From: Eledone cirrhosa
Taxonomy: Eukaryota
Assembly: GCA_964016885.1 (NCBI GenBank)
Contig: OZ024743.1
Span: forward strand, 283,588,001 to 283,652,000
Direction of reading: 5' to 3'
Length of the DNA: 64,000 nucleotides
The number at the start of each line of letters is the position of its first letter. Positions within the stretch are counted from its first letter, which is position 1. The notes under the pieces were generated by a model. It saw nothing but the letters and a program-made list of their open reading frames with translations. It was not told the origin of the DNA and made no database searches. The position numbers and the translations under genes were made by a program. Shown here one piece after another: positions 22,926 to 29,956 of the stretch.

Positions 22926-22975
22926 ATGACAACAACAATAAAAAGGTCACTAAACCATTTTCCAAGAAATCTCAC
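15440..22975 (-). CDS. Mucin-like Pro/Thr/Ser repeat ORF (PPTPTTST[A/V])n, 2511 aa; probably a giant internal exon or a pseudo-exon
   Basis: ORF track gives a PTS-rich sequence typical of O-glycosylated mucin domains, with a short hydrophobic lead (LFIVVVIV). There is no ATG (GTG only). It ends at a TCA>TAA change at 15,440-15,442. No flanking mucin domains were seen. Confidence 0.5.
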   Translation of the reverse strand: MRFLGKWFSDLFIVVVIVPLTPTTPTTSTAPPTPTTSTGPPTPTTSTAPLTPTTSTVPPTPTTSTVPTTPTTSTVPLTPTISTVPPTPTTSIAPTTPTTSTAPLTPTISTAPLTPTTSTAPTTPTTSTVPPTPTTSTAPTTPTTSTVPPTPTISTVPPTPTTSTVPPTPTTSTVPTTPTTSTAPPTPTTSTAPLTPTTATVPLTPTTATVPPTPTTSTVSPTPTTSTAPPTQTTSTVPPTPTTSTVPPTPTTSTVPPTPTTSTVPPTPTTSTVPPTPTTSTVPPTPTTSTAPTTPTTSTVLPTPTTSTVPPTPTTSTAPTTPTTSTAPLTPTTSTAPPTPTTSTVPPTPTTSTVPPTPTTSTAPPTPTTSTVPPTPTTSTVPPTPTTSTVPPTPTTSTVPPTPTPTTSTVPPTPTTSTTPPTPTTSTAPPTTSTAPPTPTTSTAPPTPTTSTAPPTPTTSTAPPTPTTSTVPPTPTTSTAPPTPTTTTAPPTPTTLTVPPTPTTSTAPPTPATSTAPPTPTTSTVPPTPTTSTAPPTPTTSTVPPTPTTSTAPPTPITSTAPPTPTTSTAPPTPTTSTVPPTPTTSTAPPTPTTSTAPPTPTTSTVPPTPTTSTAPPTPTTSTVPPTPTTTTAPATPTTSTAPPTPTTSTAPPTPTTSTAPPTPTTSTSPPTPTTSTAPTTPTTSTVQATPATSTAPTTPATSTEPPTPTTSTAPPTPTTSTVPPTPTTSTVPPTPTTSTAPPTPTTSTAPPTPTTSTAPPTPTTSTVPPTPTTSTAPPTPTTSTAPPTPTTSTAPPTPTTSTVPTTPTTSTAPPTPTPSTVPPTPTTSTAPPTPTTSTAPPTPTTSTAPPTPTTSTAPPTPTTSTVPTTPTTSTAPPTPTTSTAPPTPTTSTVPPTPTTSTAPPTPTTSTAPPTPTTSTAPPTPTTSTAPPTPTTSTVPTTPTTSTAPPTPTTSTAPPTPTTSTVPPTPTTSTAPPTPTTSTAPPTPTTSTAPPTPTTSTAPPTPTTSTVPTTPTTSTAPPTPTTSTAPPTPTTSTVPPTPTTSTAPTTPTTSTAPPTPTTSTVPPTPTTSTAPPTPTTSTAPPTPTTSTVPPTPTTSTAPPTPTTSTAPTTPTTSTAPPTPTTSTVPPTPTTSTAPPTPTTSTVPTTPTTSTAPPTPTTSTVPSTPTTSTVPPTPTTSTAPPTPTTSTVPTTPTTSTAPPTPTTSTVPPTPTTSTAPTTPTTSTAPPTPTTSTAPPTPTTSTAPPTPTTSTAPPTPTTSTVPPTPTTSTAPPTPTTSTVPPTPTTSTAPPTPTTSTVPPTPTTSTAPTTPTTSTAPPTPTTSTAPPTPTTSTVQATPATSTAPTTPATSTVPPTPTTSTAPPTPTTSTAPPTPTTSTAPPTPTTSTVPPTPTTSTAPTTPTTSTVPPTPTTSTVPPTPTTSTVPPTPTTSTAPTTPTTSTVLPTPTTSTVPPTPTTSTAPTTPTTSTAPLTPTTSTAPPTPTTSTVPPTPPTSTVPPTPTTSTVPPTPTTSTVPPTPTTSTAPTTPTTSTAPLTPTTPTAPPTPTTSTVPPTPTTSTVPPTPTTSTVPPTPTTSTVPPTPTTSTAPTTPTTSTVPPTPTTSIVPPTPTTSTVPPTPTTSIAPTTPTTSTVPPTPTTSTVPPTPTTSTAPPTPTTSTVPPTPTTSTAPPTPTTSTVPPTPTTSTAPPTPTTSTAPTTPTTSTAPPTPTTSTVPPTPTTSTVPPTPTTSTAPTTPTTSTVPPTPTTSIVPPTPTTSTVPPTPTTSIAPPTPTTSTAPTTPTTSTAPPTPTTSTVPPTPTTSTASPTPTTSTAPPTPTTSTVPPTPTTSTAPPTPTTSTAPTTPTTSTAPPTPTTSTVPPTPTTSTAPPTPTTSTVPTTPTTSTAPPTPTTSTVPPTPTTSTVPPTPTTSTAPPTPTTSTVPTTPTTSTAPPTPTTSTVPPTPTTSTAPTTPTTSTAPPTPTTSTAPPTPTTSTAPPTPTTSTAPPTPTTSTVPPTPTTSTAPPTPTTSTVPPTPTASTAPPTPTTSTVPPTPTTSTAPTTPTTSTAPPTPTTSTAPPTPTTSTVQATPATSTAPTTPATSTVPPTPTTSTAPPTPTTSTAPPTPTTSTAPPTPTTSTVPPTPTTSTAPTTPTTSTVPPTPTTSTVPPTPTTSTVPPTPTTSTAPTTPTTSTVLPTPTTSTVPPTPTTSTAPTTPTTSTAPLTPTTSTAPPTPTTSTVPPTPTTSTVPPTPTTSTVPPTPTTSTVPPTPTTSTAPTTPTTSTAPLTPTTSTAPPTPTTSTVPPTPTTSTVPPTPITSTVPPTPTTSTVPPTPTTSTAPTTPTTSTVPPTPTTSIVPPTPTTSTVPPTPTTSIAPTTPTTSTVPPTPTTSTVPPTPTTSTVPPTPTTSTVPPTPTTSTAPPTPITSTAPPTPTTSTAPPTPTTSTAPPTPTTSTAPTTPTTSTAPPTPTTSTAPPTPTTSTAPPTPTTSTVQATPATSTAPTTPATSTVPPTPTTSTVPPTPTTSTAPLTPTT

Positions 22976-23134
22976 TTAACACTCCCTCTCCTCTATCTAT
23001 TTCTCTCTCTATATATATATATATATACATATATATTAAGGAACGATCGACTTTCGTCAAATCGGACCGAGAGAACAATGTTTCCGTTGGTCTTTCCAAT
23101 TGCTAATACTATCTATCGGTCGCAACTCCAGGTA

Positions 23135-23257
23135 GAAGGAGCAACGTGAAATAAAGTGTCTTGCTCAAGGACATAACGCATCGCCTGGTCCAGGAATTGA
23201 ACTCACAACCTTACGATTGTGAATCCAATTCTCTAACCACTCAGCCACACGCCTTCA
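23135..23257 (-). mobile_element. tRNA-derived SINE head with CORE-like segment
   Basis: Minus strand reads TGGCTGAGTGG (A box), GAGTTCAATTCC (B box), then GTCCTTGAGCAAGACACTTT. Related copies lie at ~24.6 kb, 37.5 kb and 57.4-57.8 kb. Confidence 0.8.
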
Positions 23258-23261
23258 CTAC

Positions 23262-23310
<49 letters not shown>

Positions 23311-23574
23311 TATATATATATGTACATATATATATATATGTATGTGTATATATATATATATATATATATCAATTTGTTTATCTATCTCTGTGCCAACACC
23401 ACCACCCTCACACACAGAACCATCTCCCCTGTCATCTATGATGTTAACCGACTTCTCATATGTCAAATACAGTGTTGCTAGTGCTGCTGTGGTTATTGCT
23501 ATTCCAATGTGGACATCATTACCATCAAGGAAATGTCACCAACTATATATAGTTAGTTGATGGTGACATCATAT

Positions 23575-23920
23575 TGATGATAGTAATAGCGATGATGACA
23601 ATGAAGGTGGTGGTGATGAGTGGTGGAGGTGGTGGTAAGGATAATGATGATGACAATGATGATAGTAGTAGTGGTGGTGGTAATGATGATGATGATGGTG
23701 GTGGTGGTGGTGGTGGTGGTGGTGGTGGTGGTGATGGTGTTTATGATGATGATGTTGATGAACTGGGAAAGGGATAGGAGAGGCTATAAAGACAACAATG
23801 AAAATGTGGATAATGATGATGAGAAGGTGGTGGAGGAAGAGAAAAGAAAGATTAAGGAGAATGATGCTCAGCTGGAGACTGGTGATTATGATGATGATGG
23901 GAATGGGGGGGGGGGGGGTA
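23575..23920. repeat. GAT/GGT trinucleotide low-complexity tract
   Basis: Runs of (gat)n and (ggt)n. Confidence 0.85.
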
Positions 23921-23989
23921 ATGCATATAAAACAGTGGTGACATTGAAAGCAATGCTGGTAGTGACAGTGACTTGTTGTTATTGTTGGA

Positions 23990-24305
23990 TTCGCAGAATT
24001 AAAAGAGTGTCATACAAAATGCTTTGTATTTAATTACAGTCCTTTACATTCTGAGTTCAAATCTCACCATTCAACTTTGCCTTTCTTACTTTCAGTGTTG
24101 ATGAAATAAAGTACTAGTAAAGTACTAAATTTGATTTAACCTTCAACATGCTAGAATTTTTATGAATTGCTTCCCTTGACACTGCCTTATGAATAAAGGG
24201 AGATTACTCTATAGGTGACTTAATGCACTTAGAACCTCCAGAAGGTTAATTGACTCTCCCCTCCCCAAAATTGCTAACCTTGTGCTTATGTTAGAAACAA
24301 TTATT
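23990..24305 (+). mobile_element. Second SINE family (core CTTTGCCTTTCATCC..GTCGATAAAATAAAGTACCAG, resembling MetaSINE), interrupted by a TTAA MITE
   Basis: B-box GAGTTCAAATC followed by the conserved core. Diverged copies at ~27.2-27.36, 42.3-42.7, 44.3-44.45, 50.77-50.95, 55.23-55.39, 60.3-60.7 and 61.95-62.03 kb. The family name is from memory. Confidence 0.65.
24140..24245. mobile_element. ~106-bp TTAA-flanked MITE (piggyBac-type target site)
   Basis: TTAA-CCTT...AAGG-TTAA; a homologous copy lies at 37,011-37,118. Confidence 0.65.
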
Positions 24306-24923
24306 GTTGTTTAGCCCTAGGTTATCCCAAATCAAGTAAAGCTACAGCCTAGTGACCATTATATCTTGCCCAGTAACCCAGTATTTGGACAGAGGTGACC
24401 TTGGCAGGAATGGAACTCAAAACATAAAAACTCAGAGCAAATGACAAAGTCATTTTGTCCAACACTATACTGATTCTTTCATTCCACCATCTTTATTAAA
24501 TACTTATCTCCAGTTTTCTTGGTGTTAAATGACTGAGAGTACAAGATTCTCTCTGGACAGGATGCCGGTCTATCACCGGTTTAACTCCCCAGCTACTTCT
24601 GGTACTCACTATCAGTTGAGTGTACAGGAGCAATGTGAAACAAAGTGTTTTGCTCAAGAACACAACAGATCAGCCTGTCCAGGAATATTGGTTTCTAAAA
24701 TAAAAATCCTTGTGAGAATTTGCCAGAATTGGAAAAGTCTTAGCTTATTCTTTTATTCATTTACTGGATTTCAAACATGAGTCAATAGCTACACTGAGTC
24801 ACAGCCTTCAAGGGTTTAGTTGATCATATCAACCCCAGTAATTATCTAGGTCTACTGATTATTTTATTGATCTCTCTTTATCAAACTTCTTAGTTATAGG
24901 GCATAAAAGGACACAACATAAAC

Positions 24924-25205
24924 CAGTGATTCTGAATGTTGGCCTGAGAAATATTTTTAAAGAGGCCTGAAGTTGACCCAAGGAAAATAGGCGCGCTTCG
25001 AAATTCTTTTTTTTTTTCCATACATGTAAAATTATGAAAACACAAACTACTTTACTTTATTTTTAAAGGTAAATATATTTTCTACAACATTTTGTGAATA
25101 AAATGTATTTCCTGTTACATGGAATTTTTATTTGTATTTACGTGGGCTTGAAATTTTTTTGAAACCAAAAATGGGCCACAGGGAAGAAAAGGTTGAGAAA
25201 CACTG
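24924..25205. mobile_element. hAT-type MITE, 282 bp
   Basis: Imperfect TIRs CAGTGATTCTGAAT / GTTGAGAAACACTG, with a perfect 8-bp TSD ACATAAAC at 24,916-24,923 and 25,206-25,213. Confidence 0.85.
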
Positions 25206-25602
25206 ACATAAACAACAATACTGAAACATATACAGATAGACACACTTACACTCCCACACAAACACACACACATACACAGACACACACACATATTATAAAT
25301 CAGTTCAACTGGGGGTGACCTGAAACTAAACAACAACAGAAACAATTTTCAACAATCATATTCATGAATATTATGGCTGTGAGTTTCATTCAACTGCATG
25401 TAAAACTATTCTACCATAAACTCAAGTTGATGAACTCAACAGCTTGTAAAGCAAATTTGAAAGAGGTTGTGAAGATGATCTACATACATATACATATATC
25501 TATAATACTAAAAGGAGTCAAGAGAAAATAGCTTCAAATGACCGGAAGCATATATATATATATATATGCAAGTGTGTGTGTGCATGTATATGTGTGTACA
25601 TA

Positions 25603-26402
25603 CATCATCATCACCGTTTTACATCCGTTCTTCCACGCTAGCATGGGTTAGACGGGTTGTCCTGTTGTGGGCAGTATCCGGTTGGCTGACCTTGTCTTGC
25701 TCATACAGGAACTGATTCTGGCTTGATTTCTACAGCTGGATGCCCGTCCTAACACCAACATCATTTACAGTGAGTGCTGGGTGCTTTTTTGCCGTGGCAC
25801 CTCCACGACCACTTTGCAGTGGGAGGGTGTGGGGGCATATTGTCTATATGCTTCAGCTTCGGCTTGTACCCATGGGGGGGTCGGGTCTTCTGTATTACTG
25901 CGTGACGCCAGAGGTCACGGTCATGTGTCATCGCCTTTGAGAAGTGTAATTGGGTAAGGTCGGCTTTTATCACCTCATCCTAGGTCTTCTTGGATCTCCC
26001 CACTCCGCGGTTTCCATCGACTTCTAGTGCTCTGCACCTTTTTATGCAGCTGTCATCCTTCATACGCATCACATGCCCATACCAACGCAACCGCCTCTCC
26101 TACACACAGCATTTGATTCCTCTTATGCTCAGTCTCTCTCTCAATTCATTTATGCTTTGCCATTCGCATATATTACTATTACATATCCATCTGAGCATGC
26201 AAGCTTCGTTTCTTTCTAATCTGCGCAAGTCTTCCACATTCAGCGCCCAGGTCTCACTGCCATGTAACATTGCTGTTCGTAAACACGCATCATACAGTCT
26301 GCCTTTCATTTTGAGGGAAAAGCCTTTTGCAGCTAGCAGTGGCAGTAGCTCCCTGAACTTCTTCCATCCCGTTCTTACCCTAGTTATTGTACTTTCTGAA
26401 CA
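25603..26402 (-). mobile_element. RTE-clade LINE 3' fragment
   Basis: RT C-terminus [22 protein letters not shown], then 3' UTR and a (GAT)n tail; the 5' end is truncated at (TA)n. Confidence 0.9.
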
Positions 26403-26637
26403 TATATATATATATATTGGGTATGAATCGAAGTTGTAGCTGCCATATAGCAGGTACTAATCGAGTTGTTTGAGGCAATCACAAAGCGGTCAATGGATCA
26501 AGAAGCTAAACATTGTCATCCAGAGTAAAACACAACAGTTATAAGGTGTGATACCAAGAAAAATGACCGAAGGCAGTGGCCATACTTATACCACAATAAT
26601 GATAAATACAAAAAAAGGTTGAAGACATATATGTATA

Positions 26638-26675
<38 letters not shown>

Positions 26676-26758
26676 AGGTAAACAGAAATTAACAACACAA
26701 TCAGTACAGTATATGGAATGGATATATTAGGTTAACGCTTGATATAGCAGGAAGAGGG

Positions 26759-26794
26759 TCTTAACGTTTCGGACGCTAGTCCTTCATCAGAAGA
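26759..26794 (-). ncRNA. Minimal type I hammerhead ribozyme motif (Penelope-type)
   Basis: Minus strand UCUU-CUGAUGA-A-GGAC(UAGC)GUCC-GAAACGUU-AAGA: intact core, 4-bp stem II, palindromic AACGUU in place of stem III, and stem I UCUU/AAGA. Confidence 0.75.
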
Positions 26795-27619
26795 AAGAAA
26801 GAGAAATAAGATAGATTGAAGGGACGGATACACACACACACATATGCACGTGTGGGTGTGTTTCTTTATTTTCTTTATACCCCTGTCATAATATTTTAAC
26901 AGATTATGGTGATCTATTTTTAATGAAGATGTCACAGATAAATACAATACTTGGACTAAAGTACAGACACATTTTAATATTCACAGACGCCAGACTTGGT
27001 TTCACTTATAGTTTCTATGTACAACAATACTATATACACTCATGTATACACACATAAATGTTCACATGTATGTATGAACCTGATGGAGTCATAAGACAGC
27101 CATTGTGTGCACATTATGCCAGACAGAACACTTCCCCCATCAAGCCTGAACACAGCCAATTTTATCCATAGAAGGAAAGAGAGAGGAAGTGAGAAAAAGG
27201 TATAGAGAAAAAATTGACCCAAGTACTGAACTGGTACTTTTTTTTTACCTCAAATGGATGAAAAGTAAATTTGACCTCGTCGAGATATGAATTTACACAG
27301 AGCTGGAATGAATACCACAAAGCATTCTATCTGATGTTCTAATGACTCTGCCAATTTGCCACCTAAATGCATACATACACACACATAAATACACACATAC
27401 AAGCATATGTACACTGAAGCATACCTACACATGTATGCACATATACACATACATATGTATATATGTATACATGACCAAAAATTACATACCCAGAGAATTT
27501 GCACTGCACCATTGCAATTAATCAGCAAATGGAAAGATGTATGTTTATCAGTAGAAAGTAATGCATTTGTATAAATTATTAGGCCCATAGGTAAAAATAG
27601 TGCTGGGCAGGGGCGCAAT

Positions 27620-28483
27620 TTCAATGTTTGATATTCTCTCCTAGTGGGTGATATTCTCTCCTTCCAGCAGCATGGACTAGTTCCAACAGGGAGGTGGATG
27701 AAGCCCTACAACAGTGGAGGGAGTTGGGGTTGTCAGTTTCTGATGCAGAGCAGGATAGATTGAAGCAGTCTGAAACAACTTACATTTGAGAGACACTTTC
27801 AATTCCCTCTTTCATGAATCTGATCAATACCCAAGGGGCCACTTACTTTATGCAGGTATCAAATTCTCAGGGGTCTGGGTTGATGCTTTTCTCATTGTGG
27901 ATTACTCAGTCTGGATGACCTCCACATCTCCATTGCTCTAAGCATCAAAATCAGTGTCTGTGGGGAATTGTGGCAAGTACCTTGACACCATAGATCTTCA
28001 CGGATTGTCTTGCCATCTGAAAACAGGATGCTTCATTTGTCATGCTGAGCTGAACCTAATTATCAAATGGGCCCCTGGCTAAAGTCAATTCTAGAGTCAG
28101 GCAGTTTTTCCCTTTGTTTCTGTGTAAAAGGTAAATAGCTCATTCAGGACACCACAGTTAACAACTCTTGTGCCCCTTTTCACATCCTGGATGCTGTAGC
28201 AAAGGTGAAGGTTGCAGCATCCATTGGCAAAGATAATATTTTTAGATACCAAAAATTATTAGCAAACTATTTTTTTCAGTTTGTGGCATTTGAGACGTTT
28301 GGGGGAGATGGGCCACTGACAACAAGGTTCTTGTCTTTGTTGGCAGTTCACCTTGCTAATATATTAGGGGATGCCTACAAAGTTGCATGGTTAGTCCAGC
28401 ATCTTAGCCTTGCTATCACACACAACGATCCTGCAAGTGTTTCGGTATGCTTCAAAAAGAAGGAAAACTCCAGTCCCCCTTGA
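27620..28483 (+). mobile_element. Degenerate CRE-like non-LTR retrotransposon 3' region (Zn knuckle plus restriction-like endonuclease)
   Basis: CGKYLDTIDLHGLSCHLKTGCFICHAELNLIIKWA at ~27,970-28,070, and YQKL..YFFQFVAFETFG..FLSLLA..GD..WLVQHLSLAI at 28,205-28,483. Both match recalled CRE-clade C-terminal motifs. Confidence 0.7.
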
Positions 28484-28971
28484 GTGTGACTGTCTTCTCA
28501 CATTTCATTTTTTCTCTTTGTTTTTAAATATAAATTGTTTATTTATATGCATAATAATGTGAAATCTCTGATATATCTACCTCTATAGTGAAACAGTCTT
28601 CCAACCTATTCACTCAACAATCTAGTCAAACTATCTACATTTCTATCTATCAATCTATTACTGTATAGCCATTCAGTCATTTATCTGTTGACTTTATCTC
28701 TTTTGATCCAAAAATCCTTCAATTATTCAGTGAAGCACCCAACCAACCAAGATTAATCAGATCTTCTGGATATTTATTTATTTATTTATTGTTTATTTGT
28801 TTCTTTTCTTACTTCAACTTTCCATTTATTCATCTATATATTTATAACTCCATCTATTTATTTATTCATTCCTATTTCATTCATCCTTCCACCTATCTAT
28901 ACATCTTTCCAACCTTCCATATCTGTCTGTTTGTCTGCATATCTATCTATCTGAATGTATATATATATATA

Positions 28972-29735
28972 TACAAATTTTAGTACAGCATTAACGAAGC
29001 TCTAGGCTGTGGCTAACGAATGCAAATTCGGAATGTAGCTTTAGCACTCGATGGAAAATAATACCCCAGAGTAATAAGAATACATTTAGACAGCTTTGCA
29101 AATCAAATATAGCGATCGGCAGTCAAGCCGCATTGCCACAGCAACGAAAATGATTGGACTCAGGAAAAGATGTTTGACTGACCTGGACCATCACGCGAAG
29201 ACCGAATGCAATACATAAGGCATATCGTATAGCACATGATATACATCACATATAACATACAACATCCACGCTAGGTTTCTGTAAATCCGAGATCGACTAA
29301 TTCCGCTTGCAGGGGTCTGCAAGTTAATGGCCTTTGACGACAGAACAAAGGATTTACTTTGTCAACAAGTCTTGCGTTCTATAGCCTCAGCGGGTGTGTT
29401 CTAGCAGTAAATTTCGCTATAGACACGTGGTTTTCTCCAAGGGAGGTAACCCCCATTTTGGCGGTAAATTCGAAATTTGAGACAAAGGAATGAAATTCTC
29501 TTAGACAAACCGAATTAAGCACTCAACCAGAAGTTATCAAACAAACATAAACAATTAATCAATCAATAGAATTGTCTAATTAAATTAATCAGTTAATCGT
29601 TAATTCTAGGAGTTAAATTACAAATTTTAGTACAGCATTAACGAAGCTTTAGGCTGCGGCTAAGCTAACGAATGCAAATTCGGAATGTAGCTTTAGCACT
29701 CGATGGAGAATAATAGCCCAGAGTAATAACAATAC

Positions 29736-29739
<4 letters not shown>
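28972..29739. repeat. ~770-bp element with ~115-bp terminal direct repeats (647-bp offset), embedded in (TA)n
   Basis: tacaaattttagtacagcattaacgaagc...cccagagtaataa occurs at 28,972 and 29,619. Confidence 0.85.
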
Positions 29740-29776
<37 letters not shown>

Positions 29777-29956
29777 TACAGATAGATAGATATTGTGAGT
29801 TTTTAACTCAGGGCTTTCCTGATGATTTCCTATGAATGAAACAGTTTTAGTCCTGTAGAAACCATTTCTATATTAAATATTGTATATACTCTACTATGTA
29901 TTGAGTACCTTACTTACTGTGGTTACCCTGATTGAACCCGATATACACACATACAC

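Noticed and set aside
7-22929. Huge plus-strand poly-Leu/Val ORFs and the VVGVGG ORFs
   Set aside because: They are antisense or alternate-frame shadows of the 27-bp repeat; thousands of uninterrupted hydrophobic residues are implausible as a protein.
23150-23257. tRNA gene
   Set aside because: A and B boxes are present, but the sequence continues into a SINE core and occurs as several diverged copies.
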